This document shows, piece by piece, positions 13,168 through 27,465 of a stretch of DNA of 64,000 nt. The notes under the pieces were generated by a model. It did not search any database and was not told where the DNA came from. It was given only the letters and a program-made list of their open reading frames with translations. Made by a program: the position numbers and the translations under genes. Source of the DNA: Chiloscyllium plagiosum. Its lineage: Eukaryota. The first letter of the stretch is position 1; each line of letters opens with the position of its first letter. Where the stretch lies: positions 50,829,008-50,893,007 of the forward strand of contig NC_057719.1 in NCBI RefSeq assembly GCF_004010195.1, given 5' to 3'.

Positions 13168-14085
13168 GATTTGGAGGTGCCGGTGTTGGACTCGGGTGTA
13201 CAAAGTTAAAAATCACACAACACCAGGTTATGGTCGAACAGGTAGTTGTGGAGTAGAAGATCGCAAGACACAGAATTTATAGCAAAAGTTTACAGTGTGA
13301 TGTAATTGAAATTATATATTGAAAAAGACCTGGATTGTTTGTTAAGATTAGATTACTTATAGTGTGGAAACAGGCCCTTCGGCCCAACAAGTCCACACCA
13401 ATCCTCCAAAGAGTAACCCACCCAGACCCATTCCCCTACATTTACCCCTGCCCCTAACACTGCCAATTCACCTAACCTGCACATTTTTGGACTGTGGGAG
13501 GAAACCCACGCAGACACAGGGAGAATGTGCAAACTCCACACAGTCAGTCGCCTGAGGCAGGAATTGAACCCGGGTCTCTGGCGCTGTGAGGCAGCAGTGC
13601 TAACTGCTGTGCCACCGTGTTGCCCACATCTTTTAGAATGACCATGTTGGTTTTAGTTCCTTCCTTTGTAATCCCATAACTTCTTTTGAAGTTACATTCT
13701 CAAATGAACTTTAACAATAGGTGCCATATCAGCTCAGATAATGCATTGAAGGTGTAAGGTTAAAGTCTGTCTGTGTGTGTCCCATATTCAGACTGATTCT
13801 ATTTCTAAAAAAAGGGATTTACAGAATCTTACATGGATTCATGCAGTTTTTGAGCAAAACAAAATGTAATTCTGCAAGTACAAATTCACCACCCAAACTT
13901 ATATGTGTGTGCATGCATGGGTGTGGGCGGGGGGGGGGGCGTCTGTGAGAGTGTGTGTGTGTGTATGTGTAAGGACATGAATGTAAAGGTGTATAAGTCT
14001 GTGATAGGGTGCATGTGTGGGTGTGAGTGTCGAGGGTGTGAATGTATGAGTTATGAGAGAGGGTCTGCGTAAGTGTATGGGTGTG
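13168..14085 (-). mobile_element. Family A PLE terminal region with the hammerhead deleted, a nested HE1 SINE and a GT-rich tract
   Basis: 13168-13243 matches 1081-1156, then jumps caggt-to-caggt past the ribozyme. Confidence 0.7.
13347..13626 (-). mobile_element. HE1-type V-SINE nested in a PLE remnant
   Basis: High similarity to 10646-10964, with small internal deletions. Confidence 0.9.
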
Positions 14086-14869
14086 TTCTTAACCTCTCCC
14101 AATGCCTGAGCTACGGTGACCTTCAGGTTAAACCACCACAAGTTATCTCTCTCTAATGAGAGAGAGCAGCCCCATGGTCTATTAGGACTATGGTGACTTC
14201 ACTTTTATTGTATTAGGTTCAATGGGCTGCAGGGACCATGGGGACTGATGCAAGCATCTCACTGAAACATTGATGTCACCAAACGTTCACTGAAGCTTGT
14301 GGCGAAGAAGTTCCATAAACAACAGATCTTCTCAACCACTGATGAATCCACCATATTTACTCTCGGATCCCTGTTGGTTACAGAGAACCACATATTGAAT
14401 GAAGTAAGCCGAGTATGAAGAAAACTAATGACTCTATTGCAGTACAAAAACATTTACATTTTTGGAAGGGTGTATAGTTTGCAGATATTAGTCATTTGTA
14501 AGTGTTAGCTACAGAACAAAACATGCAATCTTTCATGTGCCTCAGAGGAAAGTATAGTTGACGATCATATCATTTTTACAAACAAATGATTTTTCTTTCA
14601 GTTGGGGTTAGATTGCTTAATTTGCCATTTTTTTTTCCAATCTCCATTCATTGTTTGTCAAAACAAATAAAGAAGCTTTCCTGCCTTAAATATATTACAA
14701 GTTTTTAATGTGTCAGAGTGAAATGATCAGCACCAAAAACATCCTCAAGAAGCAATCAGTGATCTATATACATCAGGGAATGCATTCCTAATATTTAAAC
14801 TTTAGAACAACACAGCTATTTAATTGCACACGCTTACTGAATCAGCTACATTTAGTTCTTTTGGTTTCA

Positions 14870-15058
14870 TTCTTGTGTGACCCGTACTATATAAAAATCA
14901 TGCAATGAAAATAGCACTTAAGGTGTTTGTGATTCAATCACGTTATAGTCAACACGTTTTAAAAGTTCACGCTTTAGAAGCAGCATCCCCTATTCGTCAA
15001 TTGTATTACAGCCAATTCACATTGATAAAATGCATGTTATAGCAGAACAGCCTCTATA
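14870..15058. mobile_element. Probable Tigger-like MITE remnant
   Basis: Right end gttatagcagaacagcctcta resembles Tigger-type TIR ends. Left TIR not clear. Confidence 0.35.
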
Positions 15059-15244
15059 TGTTACAGAATGTCTCAAAAACTTCACATATTATGGATGGAT
15101 AATTGGATTAATTTGCACCTATTTTTAGGCTGCTAAAAATGTTTTAGAGTTCCAAAATGACACACATACTTATACGGCAAAGCTCACCATGCGCCATATC
15201 AGTGCGGACATTGGCAGGTACACAATGAATAAACTCTGAGTCAG

Positions 15245-16190
15245 GCAACTCATAAACCGATCCTTTGGTCCAACTCATCCATGCTGACCAAGTTTCCCAA
15301 ACAAAGGTATTCCCACTTCCCTGCATTTGGCCTATATCCCTCTAAACCTGTGCTATTCATGTACCTATTCCAAACGTCTTTCAAATGTTGTAAATGTACC
15401 TGCATATAGCACTTCCTCTGGCTGTTTATTTCACATACAGACACCCACAGTGTCAGAAAATTACCCCTCAGGACCCTTGTAAATCTTTCTCCTCTCACCT
15501 TAAAAATTGGCCTCCGAGTTTTGATATCTCAGACACACATGTTTTGGCAGCATTTGTGAAGAGAAATCAGACAATGTTTTGGGTCCAATGACTCTTTGTC
15601 AGAATTGATGGTAGCTAGGAAGATGTCGGTTTATACGCAAAGGATAGGGTGGGTAACGAATAAACAATAAGTGGGGATAGAGCCCAATGAGAGAGAATAG
15701 TTGGACAGACAAAGGAGTGGATAACGTTCTGGCTAGGAAAGTGAATAGCTGTTAATGGAGACTGTTAGTGGTTAACAGTAGGTAATGTTCTTCAACCAGA
15801 GAATGGTGGACCTGTGGAATTCATTGCCATGGAGTGCAGTGGAGGTTGAGACGTTAAATGTCTTCAAGGCAAAGATTGATAAATTCTTAATCTTGCAAGG
15901 AATTAAGCGATACGGGGAAAGTGGGGGTAAGTGGTGTTGAAATGCCCCATCAGCCATGATTGAATGGCGGAGTGGACTCACTGGGTCCAATGGCCTTACT
16001 TCCATTCCTATTTCTTATGGTCTTATGGTAATGGCAGACTATCTGATAACAAGGCCTGGCATGTGGGGTAGGGGGCCAGGACATGGGAGAGTTCAGGCCC
16101 TAAAATTATTGAACTCAATATCCTCCACCCTAGGGAAAAGATCTTTACTATTCATCTTATGTATCTTCCTCATGATTTTATAAATGTCTG
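15245..16190. mobile_element. Three-level nest: CR1 3' end (-), containing a family D-like PLE terminus (15528-16120), containing a CR1 3' end (+, ~15787-16026)
   Basis: The outer CR1 resumes at ~16121 (tcctccaccctagggaaaaga). The inner CR1 tail matches 28400-28635 and is bracketed by ggtaatg. A degenerate hammerhead lies at ~15572-15605 (-). Confidence 0.65.
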
Positions 16191-17521
16191 TCAGATGTCC
16201 ACTAGGATTAAGCAGAGCAGGAGTACCATGACATCGGTTGGGCTGCATTACTATTTTGATACAAGCAGTGTGATTGGTCTTTTAATCTCACACAGCTAAA
16301 AATGTATTCAACCGCAGAAATTTAATTGACTGAAAACTGGTAGCTTTGATGCTGAGGACCTCAGGAGGAGTCTGAAATGGATCATCCACTGGGTACTTCT
16401 AGTCGAAGATGGTTGCAAGCAGTTCAGCCCTATTGCACGGGCTCGGCCATCATTAAACATGAGGATATTTGTAGAGTCCTTTCCTCACACTTATCCACAT
16501 TGTATTACTCCTGCCATGGCTTTTGACCACTGACTTAACACGAACTAATCACCTTGAAGCCTCTTTGGACCATTTTCACAACGCTCATTCCCACCTTGTT
16601 CGGTGTCATCTGCAAACTTGGAAATATTACATTCGGTCCCCACATCCAAATTACGTGCATCGATTATTAACAGCTGGGGCCCATGCACTGCTTCTTGTGG
16701 TCCGCTACTGGTCACAACCAGTCAACCTGAGAATGATGCATTTATTTCTACTGTTCTTTGCATTAACCAATCCTCAGTCCGGGCCAGTGTATTACCTCCT
16801 CACCCATGTGCTCTAATTTTGTTTACCAACCCGTCTAAGACCTTATCAAAGTATTATGAAGATCTAAATATACCACATTCACTGGTTCCCCCTTATTGAT
16901 GGTCATACTGTCCTCTTAAAACAGGTTGTCACACATGATTTTGTTTTCATAAATCCATATTGACTTTGCCCAAATTAGGTCATTAGCATCTAGATGTCAA
17001 GTTATTAATTCTTTCCAATAGATTCTGGTATTTGCTTCACTACTGTCTGGATACCAAGTAATTTGTTGGCTTGCCTGGTTGTGCCTCTGACTGTCATCAT
17101 TCAACAAGTTTGATATACTGGATTGATGATAGTGGTAGAGTAATGAGTATGTCAGACCATGAAATTCTAGATTATTGTTGGAATAAAATTCAGTAATTGC
17201 TGTTAATGCTCCACAGCACCTCATGGATGCCTAGAAGCTGCTAGATCTGTTCTGAATCCATCCCATTTGGCATGCCGGCAATGCAACACACTGTGGAGGG
17301 TATGCTCATTGTGAAGATGGTTTTCTGTTTTCACAGTGACTATGCAATGGTAGCTCATACCTAAAATGTCATGAACTGATACACCTGCAGTAAGCACATT
17401 GGTGGGGATGTGATCAGGTAGATTGTTTTCCTCTTGTTGATTCTCACTACCTATTATAGGTGTAGTCTGCCAGATATATCCCTCATTACTTGGTCAGTTT
17501 GATCAGTAGTAACATGACTAA

Positions 17522-17737
17522 GCGAAAGTGAGGACTGCAGATGCTGGAGATTAGAGTCGAGAGTGTGGTGCTGGAAAAGCACAGCAGGTCAGACAGCATC
17601 CAAGGAGCAGGAGAATCAAAGTTTCGGGCAAAAGCCCTTCATTATCATTTCTGATGAAGGGCTTTTGCTCGAAACGTCGATTCTCCTGCTCCTCAGATGC
17701 TGCCTGACCTGTGCTTTTCCAGCACCACACCGTTGAT
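17522..17737. mobile_element. Fold-back PLE-derived cassette, family B
   Basis: Inverted arms ~17563-17642 and 17654-17730, with the junction at the hammerhead 5' edge. Confidence 0.85.
17647..17682 (+). ncRNA. Minimal hammerhead motif (family B), core intact, weak helix I
   Basis: CTGATGA A GGGC tttt GCTC GAA ACGT C. Predicted cleavage after C17678. Confidence 0.72.
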
Positions 17738-19551
17738 CCCAGTAGCAAGACTGAACCACGCTTGCTGCTTTAAGTCTTGCTATCCACTCAGTCTTTTGGA
17801 AATCCATCTAACGAGTGAACAGCTTGGTTAGCACTAACTGGCTTGGTGATCTTGAAAATGAGCTAACAGTGTAAAATTAGCATCCTGCTTGCAGCTGGTG
17901 GACACATGCAATGTGGCCCTTGTTTTTGGAGGTTATCCAGATTAGCCTTGATAATATGGTTCACCAAAGAAATTTTCATGTAAAAATGCAATAGTTAATA
18001 TAATGAAATCCAAATATAACATGCATCTCAGCAATTTACATCAATTTCTCTGTGATCATTGGACCATAAGGAAATGTAAATCCAAATACCACAATGTGGA
18101 ATAAATTTATATCCAGACAAATGGATTTGAGAATTCCTCTTCCATTACTTGAAAAATATATTTGAAGAACATCACTGCTAACACTGAGGGAGAACAAACA
18201 ATATCTATTTAACTTTTTTTTTGTGTATAATTGAAAATTATACAAGCTTCTACTCTGTAAGCAGGAACGCAAATCAGCATAAGACAATAATGCTATAAGG
18301 CTTCCATGTTACAAGGTTTCACATCAAAATGGAGCCTCACAGGACAACCTGTTATGTTAATTGCTTTATATTTTTCCAAAACGGAACAATTACTAAGGGT
18401 ATATCAAAGCGTATAACAAGCAATTTGAAGTTGTTTCTGACAAAAACACATTGATAATGATGCATATGCAACAACTTAAATGGCAGTATTTGAAAAAGAT
18501 ATCTGGTGGGCCTTGGCACTCAGTATAAATACAAAACATAATTCCTTTCATGCAGTTTGACTCTTCCATGAGATAAGATAGGTTGTCTCAGGCAGAAATG
18601 GTGGCACATGTTGTCATGCTTCTGACAGCACAGGGAAAGAGTTATCAGTCACTATGCTCTGCAGTAAGCGTTTAATAGCTGTGCAATTGTTTTAAGATAT
18701 TCTTCTAAAATCATGCAGACTTGTTATTTCTAGAAAATCGCTCTGCTTGTGGCAATCCTCTTTTTCTACACTGCCCTCTTCAGGGCATTTGCAACCATGT
18801 TTTTGCAACAGAATTTTTTTAACCTCTGGAAACTCAACAATTTGTTCAGCTATTTAGCTATGTTAAGTTAGAGGTTGGATTATTATGATTTACTTAAACA
18901 TTTGCTGGAAGACAGATCCATAAATTCAACTAACAAAAGGATTTTTCAATAACATTTCAATGACTGCAAATAATTTTTATCAGTTTTTATCCATTCAGAA
19001 AGCGTTCAACCGGTGAAATCTTTCCATGTGGAAGTCAATTTGTAATAAGTATTTGCGATATTGGAACAGTATAATCCTATCTTCTTTTGCCCTGATTAAT
19101 TTTTGTATTTTGAAGGTTCGTCTGTGCTAGTGGATGAGTTAATCTCGTCTCAGGCATTTGCTAGCAATACTGTCTAACAAAGGCTGCAACTATGGTTCAG
19201 ATTTCCTCACTCACTATCTTTATTTCTTCTCCCTGCACACATCCCTCTCCAGTGTGGATAGGTAACCTATTCACTGTGCTGCACAGTCACGTGGCTTAGC
19301 ATATTGAACAAAAATTATACCATACAGTATATATATTTCTGATCATTTTTGGAATGTGGTGAGAAACAGAAAATGTTGAGGCAATTGTTTCCATTTCTTT
19401 TCCAGGCTCCTGGCCACACAATTACAATAAATTGCTTCAAACTGCATAGTAACAGGACTAAAATTAAGCATGGACAAAACCAAAATGGTGTATTTTAAAG
19501 ATTTGCAACTATTTTTACTTCAATTTCTCATAATTACCACCAGTAATTATC

Positions 19552-19885
19552 ATGGCACGGTCGCTCAGTGGTTAGCACAGTTGCCTTACAGCGCCAGGGA
19601 CCTGAGTTCGGTTCCCTCCTCGGGCGACTGTCTGTGTGGAGTTTGCACATCCTCCCTGTGTCTGCGTGGGTTTCCTCCAGGTGCTCCGGGTTCCTCCCAC
19701 AATCCAAAGATGTCCAGGTCAGATGAATTGGCCATGCTAAATTACCCATAGTGTTAGGCGCATTAGTCAGAGGGAAATGGGTCTGGGTGGGTTACTCTTC
19801 GGAGAGTCAGATTGGATTTGTTGGGTCGAAGGGCCTATTTCCACACTGTAGGGAATCTAATCTAATCTAATCTAATCTAATCTAT
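19552..19885 (+). mobile_element. HE1-type V-SINE with (TAATC)n tail
   Basis: A/B-box-like head, V-domain, and a tail of about 6 ATCTA repeats. Confidence 0.92.
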
Positions 19886-20126
19886 CCTCTTAACACTGGA
19901 ATGAAAGTTGAAATAGCCAGTACCTATTTAGTGCCTTTCATGTTCTCAGGTTGTCTCATCATACTTTAGAGTAAATAAGTTTCTTTTGAAGTGTAGTTAC
20001 TATTGTGTTATAAACAAACATGACAAACAGTTTATGGTTCCACAATCCACAGTGGTGAGATGAATATCTATTTATTGAATGGTGTCGGTTGAAAGATAAA
20101 TATTGACTGATATTCCAGGAGAACTC

Positions 20127-20671
20127 AAAAATAAAACTGCCGATGCTGAATATCTGAGACAAAAACAGAAATTGCTGGAGACACTTAAGTAGGTCTGGCA
20201 GCATCTGTGCACAGAAAGCAGAATTAATGTTTTGAGTCCAGTCTTCCTCAGAACTGATAGCAGCTGGGAAAAGATGGTATTTATGTTGATGACAGGGTTT
20301 GGGGTGTGAGGAGGTAGAGTGAGCAGATGAGTGAAGATGGAGCCCAGAAAGAGAGAAAGACCATTAGACAGACACAGGATGACTGATAATAAGACAGAGA
20401 AGCAGAAAAGCTGATAATGACTTTTTCCTTCCCTGGCTTACTATCAACCAATCCTTTGACTGCTTAACGACCTTTGTTTCTGTCTGAACTCTGTCTCCAT
20501 CTATCTGCTCACTCCTTTCCCACTCCCTGTCATCAGCATAAATACCACCTTTCCCCAGCTATTATCAGTCCTGAAGAAGGTCACTAGACTCGAAACATTA
20601 ACTCTGCTTTCTCTCCACAGATGTTGCCAGACTTGCTGAATTTCTCCAGCAATTTTTGTTTTTGTTTTACA
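20127..20671. mobile_element. Fold-back PLE-derived cassette, family D, with 12-bp TSD
   Basis: Diverged inverted arms centred near 20415. TSD ccaggagaactc at 20115-20126 and 20672-20683. Degenerate hammerhead CTGAAGA A GGTC acta GACTC GAA ACAT T at 20571-20599. Confidence 0.8.
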
Positions 20672-21519
20672 CCAGGAGAACTCCTCTGTTCATCTTTGGA
20701 TAGGGCCGTGGCACTTCTTACATGCAATTGAGAGAACAGATGAGGCATCATTTGACAGCTCATCCAAAAGATGGTAAGCGCTTGCTATGTTGCATTGCTC
20801 TCTTCGGCTTGAACTCTCAACCCTTGTACTCAGATCTTATCATGAAGCTTCAAACCAGAGAACAGAGTATTAGGTGAACTGACCATATCCTCCTATTTTC
20901 TTTCCTGTACTTTCAACTTAACTGAGACAAAGTGGCTGAAAACAATTACCAGTGGCAGTAAACCTTAGATTATACTGTAATATGTTTAGGTGATTTAATA
21001 ATTCAACTCATGTTTTTGTTTTTTGCATGGAATTGATTATTTGTTAAATGCCTTAAAATTATTAACCGATACAACTTTGGTTCATATTATTACTAAAGGG
21101 CTCAGAAATCAGACACAAAACTGCTGCTTCAGTGTGACTTCTGTTTATTTTACAACTTTGACTCTGCTCTCCGTCAAGTCACATGTCTCTCATACTGTGT
21201 GTCAGGTCATACAGAAAGTACAAATATCTATGGTGGTGTAAATTCAGACATTTGTCTTGTATATCTCGGTAATTCAAAGAGTCATGTCATTGTAGAGGTT
21301 AAGTGAGCAGAATTGTACAGTTCTCAGATCATTTGGTTAGCACAGACGAATGACATATCAGTGATCACTTCCCGTGGAATATGCAAGTTAAATATTTCTA
21401 TCGATTTTTATGCCTTCTGCTCCAAGTTCCTATACATTCCATGTTACATTCCATTTAAAAAAAAAGTTTCACATATTACTAGCTTTGTTTTTAAAAGATT
21501 TTCAAAGTGACCAAGCCTC

Positions 21520-21890
21520 AACAACAGCAAGTTGTATTTATATAGCATCTTTAAAATAATACAATACTGTATTTCAAGACATATGAAACAAAAATTGGGA
21601 CACTGAGCTACATAAGGCAATATTAGGCTAGATGGCCAAAAGCTTGGTCAAAGAGAAAGGTTTTAAGAAGTGTCTTGAAGGAGGATGGGTTGAAACAGGG
21701 AATTCCAGAACTTAGGGTTAAGAGAACTGAATTACCACTGATAATGCTGCTATTAAAATTGAGAGTTCTCAAGAGAATTGCAGATAACGAGGAAGGTTTA
21801 GGGCTGGAACGATTAAGTAAATGGAGGGATAATGGTGATCATGAAGAGATTTAAATGTAAGAATGAAAGTTTTAAAATTTGCATAGCTTA
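21520..21890 (-). mobile_element. Old L2-type LINE 3' fragment
   Basis: Pattern ttgtatttatatagcatcttt...aaaagcttggtcaaagag...ggttttaagaagtgtctt, typical of L2 3' ends read antisense. Confidence 0.55.
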
Positions 21891-24800
21891 TTTACTCTAT
21901 TCAAGTTTTTAACTTCAAATGCACACAATGAAACCCTAGTCTTTCACTGACTGCTTTCCCTGATTGATATTTGTCCTTCTATTTCGACTCCAACATTCGC
22001 TACAAAGAAACAAAGATTAGAATTTATAAAGCACCTTCCTTAACCTCAGGACTTTTCAAAACACTTTATGAACAATTAAGTGTGTTTGAAATATTGCCTC
22101 AAATTAATGGCACTCAGCCATGGTGAGATTGGTTGTGGAGATACATTAAATCCAGCAGGATTCCCGTCTCTTGCCTGGTTAAGTCCACAGTGTCAATGCT
22201 TGCAAATAGCATTGCTACAATGTCGCCAACTACAGCTCTAAAGGTGGGCATTTGCTTGGGGGAGTAGTATGAGAGCTGTCTTCTTGTCCTGATTCCCTCT
22301 TCCACAAGCCCTCTCCTGCCATCACTTGCTTGTCAATTCAATCTTTCTTGTATCCTGGTTCTTGGGTGGATACATTGCTGCCAACAGGCACAACCTCTCT
22401 GCCAAGCAATGAAGAGCTGCCAGCATCTGATTGACCAGCAGTTTTCAGTGGCCTTCCCACTCCTGGGCTTCTTATTTCCAGGGAAGGCCTGCCCAGTTGT
22501 ATGCCTGATTTGGACTTAATGCAACCTGTCTTCCTGAAAAGCTATCGCAGTGCTTTTACTAGCTGTCTAGCTATCTAATGAAACCCCCATCAGCTGCTTT
22601 ACAGTCTGCCCATTGTCACTGTTATAGAAAACTGCTGCCATGTAATAAACAAGGTTGGGGATAATTAAATCCAGTTCATGGTTTGGAATCCTGTCTGTCA
22701 ACTGTGGCAAGGTGAAACCCGAGCCTGCAACAGCATTTTGCAGCCCTCAAAAAGGAGCAATTCTTAATTTGTTGTACTGTAAGTGCAGCAAAATCACAAT
22801 TGAGCCAGGATTTGTTTCAACTATACATATGGTCAGAAATCTGAGAAATACTGTTTATGACCTCAGTAGGTTATGTATTTTAATTAGTTCAGTATGCAAC
22901 GTTTCTCTTCAAGAACAGATGTGACTCAATATGACTTAAATTATGTTCAAAGTTTATTGTTGAAACCATGTTGTAATCACATGATCATTTTCTGCCACAT
23001 GCTTGGTTTTTCCAATTTTTATGTTGGGGATAAAATTGTCCTGATTAGTTTAAAATATTAATTCAGGTATTTTAATCCTAAAACAACAGCATTTCAGTGT
23101 GTTTTGGTAGCACAGGTAATCTTTTTTTCCATAGCACTGGAGCGTCCTTCATAAACTTTAATAAGGCTGTTCTACGGATTACATTTTCCTCTTAAATACA
23201 TTTATTAATCTGTAGCTCATGCTTTTGGCTCTAAGCCTTTTTTCCATTGCCAGGCCAATAAAGTAAAATGTTGATTCCAAAAAGTACGACACGCATCTAA
23301 CCAGAAATAACAAAATGCTACACTAGAACCTGAGCTGTGTTTTCCATTTCTGCGCCAGTCAAACCACTTAGGCTTCCAGCACAAAATACAACAGATGCCC
23401 TTTCAGTTCACTTCATAACTTCAAAAGCAGCATGCTTGGCACAAAAATGTTTGTCTGGAAGTCTGCCTTGGCATGAGGCCACAGTATAAAAATTGCGCAG
23501 ACCTCAAGAAAATCCACAGCTCTTGCCAGGAAAGTTGATCTGTGGGTTTCATATGAGCCGTTTAGTGTTTTTCAGTAAAATGTTGCCGAGGCAGTGCCCC
23601 TTTTTTGCACAATTGTCCGTTGCAAATTAGACTTGGAGCAAACTATAAATTTTAGCAGATTCTCTCAGTTTTGCTCAACAACAGCAACTTTGTTTGCGAA
23701 CAAAGAATTTGGCAGTGCGTAAATGTGGAATGCATTGAGATCACGTGATGCACACTGTTCCAGCAGAGTGAGAGTCGTCCACATGTTCGCGGGTGAGATC
23801 AGTATTTGAGTCCAACATCATTCAAGCAGTTTGATCTGAGCCCAGCAAGATGTTGTTCAAACGTCATGACTCAGTTACTGCTTTAAAGATTTTTGCTTCA
23901 GTTCCCTCTTGTTTGTACAATTTTCTCACTCTTTGCCAACTGCAGTGCTGTGTGTACAATCACTTTCCCTTGCTTCCTCCCACCCCAATCCATGAAATGT
24001 GCTCGGCCGCTGTATAAATCCATCCTGTAACGAGTTAAAATGTTCTATGGCAAAGCTATGATATGCATTCCAAATATAGCTTAATTAAATACACAAAAAA
24101 AACTAGTTGAATTTCCCTTCCTGTCACATGATGTTTCTGTCTAAGTACTTTAGCACAAAGATTCCCAATCTCCCTATGATCTGTGATGCGGATGTTACAA
24201 CAGAACATTTTTCACTTTAGGAAAAAGTACAGTAGACAGGTGAAATTGTAATACATTTAAAGAAACACAACCATTGTGTAAAGTGTATAATCAGTTATTC
24301 TTTCTGATCCTTAGCTTTCTAATTTTTTTGTTTATGCAATTGGGCTAAAAAAAAACCTATCAGTATATATTTGAGCATGGACTGCTTTGCCTAAGCTCTC
24401 TAGTTATGATTTTCATAGAACTAATTGCAATCCGTATATATTCTGCCACAGAATATGCTAAATTATCAGACTCTTAAACAGCCTGGCTCTGGAAAACCCT
24501 GAGAGAGAAGGCAAATGTTTCCCTAGCAACCAAACTGTTAACAAAGAATAGCAGATCTGGACCAACCAATCAGAATACTCCTTCAGTCACAGCATAGTCC
24601 AACATATTTTTTTCTCTGCATTGAGTAGACGTATGTCATATACTCATCACACATTATTGACTATCACTTTGTCATAGTAAGTCTTCATAAGGGCTGATTA
24701 CTCCTTCCAATCCTGTCAAGGTCAAATAAATCTGTGACAGAAAGATTGAGATGAAATATATTTTGTCCCCCTTATTGGTTCCCCCACACTTGCCGCAGAA

Positions 24801-25406
24801 CCAATCTGACGGGTATATCCTCAGTTAGCTTCACCAGTTTTAGTGATGGACATTGCATTTCTCCACCCAGAATAGCATATTGCCATCCTAAACATTTCTT
24901 TTGGTGGTAATTAACATTGGGGAGAACTGATTTATTCGTTGAGCAAGTGTGGTAGGTATTAAGTAGAAGAGGGCTTCCTCGTCTGTGTTTGCTCTGATGC
25001 CATGAGTCTTCATGGAGTCAGGTCTATTTTGAAGACTCCAAAGACCTTCTGCCTCCTATGTTATTCCCCTTGTGCAAATTAGAAGAGATAACATTCCTAC
25101 ACCATACAAGCTGAAGCTGATAGGTAGCTCACTTGGCTTTACAAAACTGCTGAATCTAAATTCCTGTGTTTGTGGCTTGGCTGGGTATCAAAAGTTCTAA
25201 CCTTTACAAACACCTTTCATACATCCCATAAGAATACACATTGAATCCCAATTCTAATTTTCCATTCAGACATTAAAGATCCAGACAGAATAAGAGCTTT
25301 GTTAAGTTATTCTTTCCTGGGACAAATTACGTTGACTATGCTGTAATATAACATAATTGTGTTTCCCTGAGATTCCTCTATTTACCCTTTGTTTTGGTCC
25401 AATTAG

Positions 25407-25600
25407 GATCCAGCGACTGACTTTGAACTTCAAGGATCACCTGAACCCAGTATAGAACTAGAAGGTTTTGCTGAGCCCATCTCTGTTGCTTACAATGGTC
25501 CATCATTGCCTCCCTCTGTTCCTATTCATCAAGAAGCTGTTGATATTGTAGACAGAATGATAAAACGTCAGGAATCAATTGAAAACCAGTTGGTTGAGTG
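25407..25600 (+). CDS. KIAA0586: KIAA0586 exon (phase 0-2), DPATDFELQGSPEPSIELEGFAEPISVAYNGPSLPPSVPIHQEAVDIVDRMIKRQESIENQLVE(W)
   Basis: Acceptor aattag and donor TG|gtaggt. Matches the TALPID3 motifs YNGPPFPP and 'ILDKVIERKETLENSLIQW'. Confidence 0.93.
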
Positions 25601-25720
25601 GTAGGTGACTTTTCTGAGGTATCTAAATTCTCAGAATTGCAGGCTTGTTATATTTTCAAAGCTTATCTGTATATATGTGTTTTTTCCTGTCATTAAATAT
25701 TAAAATTCTTATATTAATAG

Positions 25721-25839
25721 GGTTGAACAAGAGGTCATGTCTCACATCATTAGTCAGATGTATCCCTTACAGTATCAGCCTGTGCCACACAGCAGCCAAC
25801 CTGAAGATGAGGATAATGGACTACTGGGCTCAGATAATG
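25721..25839 (+). CDS. KIAA0586: KIAA0586 exon (phase 2-1), (W)VEQEVMSHIISQMYPLQYQPVPHSSQPEDEDNGLLGSDN
   Basis: Follows a 120-nt intron. Acceptor taatag and donor G|gtgagt. Matches TALPID3 'WVEQEIMSRIISGLFP'. Confidence 0.93.
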
Positions 25840-26074
25840 GTGAGTCTCCAGCCTACTCTATATCTCTCACTATGTTTTTTTGATTGAGAACATCTTTTGT
25901 CATATAGTAAAATGTTGAATTCAAAGTACCACTTCAATTCAGGTTTAAGTTTATAATATTCCTATATATTTCAATTGAACAGGACATGACTATATCAGTC
26001 GGGATTTTATAAGTTAACCTTAAATTAGTCTTTTCTGAAGGAAAGACCACCTTGCTGTGATTGTCAATTTTATT

Positions 26075-26440
26075 TGGGCAGAATAGTGGCTCAGTGGTTA
26101 GCACTGCTGCCTCACATCACCATGGACCCGGGTTCAATTCCACCCTTGGACATCTGTCTGTGTGGAGTTTGCATGTTTCTCCCTATGTTTGCGTGGGTTT
26201 CCTCCAGGTGCTCCATTTTCCTCCCACAGTCCAAAAATATTCAGGGAAGGTGAATTGTCCCTAGTGTCCAGGTGTCGAGGATGTGCAGGCGAGGTGGATT
26301 AGCCACAGGAAGTACACGTTACACGGATTTTGGGGGGGGGGGGGTAGAGGCGGGGTATGATGTGATGCTCTTCGGAGGGTTGGTATGGACTCAATGAGCC
26401 GAATGATCTACTTCCACCCTGTAGGGGTTCTATGATTCCA
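26075..26440 (+). mobile_element. Older HE1-type V-SINE
   Basis: gtggctcagtggttagcactgctgcctcaca head, V-domain and CR1-like tail. Confidence 0.85.
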
Positions 26441-27465
26441 AAGATTCTTTATGACAGGATGACAAGCTTCAGCAACACACCTTTGCAAACCATCGATTGT
26501 GAAATGTAGGAGAGTAGACTCTTACACTGCAGATTGTTTTGAATTTCTCCCCTTAGAGAATTCTCTGTTTTCCAAACCATTACTGATTCTGATAGCATGA
26601 CTGACATTGGTAGTTGAATGCATGGGGATCAGGGATTTAAATGCACATCCTTCTGATTGTGCTGCAACCTGATTGTGTGCTGTTATACATTCTGTCTCCC
26701 TTTGTGGCTTTTAACTTTCAACATTATCAATTAATAAACATGCCTTTAAGCTAATACATACCTTTGGTTTAATATTTCTGAAAAAGATGCCAATGCATCC
26801 TATGCTTTTTAGGTAAACGGCAACAAAAGCTTGAATTTTCAGAAGGACAGAGGACCTTTCCATTGGAAAATAGCAATGGAGTATGAATCTAGACATCCCA
26901 GCCCTGGACATAATTTTTACCATATTCATGGGGGAGGAATAGGGTTGCATTCTAATTTGCACATCCATGGTTCATGTAGACATTGTACAAGTGAAAATGC
27001 AGATGCTTCAGGCTGATCTCCTCTTCACTGATGGGATGTTCAAAACAAGTAAGGATGGCAAGTTTCCTTCCCAAAGGACATGAGGTAGCCAGCAGGGTTT
27101 TTCAACAATCGTTGGTCAACATTACACTCACTTTTATTCCAGATTTTGACTGAATTTAAATTTCAGTTATGTACTGTAAACTTGATATAAGAAGGTCTAA
27201 AGTTGTCAGATCTTGTTAGAAGGGCAGAGTGCCCTTTTGGAGAGCCAGAGTACCCTTTTGGATATTGTTCCAAGTCACTTCTAGAGGAGGTCAGGTGCCC
27301 TTTGGGACATGCAATCCCTTTGGGATTGTTAAAAATAGATATGAATATACATTCAAAGTTGATCAAAATTGTCAAGCTTATTAGAAATATCAACACAGCT
27401 ATCAAAGGGAGCTGCCAAATGAGGTGTCAAGCTATCAAGGCATTTAAAACCTCTAAGTATTTGTG

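Noticed and set aside
23200..24100. Possible DNA transposon or conserved element in a slightly CpG-richer stretch
   Set aside because: No terminal repeats, TSD or coding motif could be confirmed by eye.
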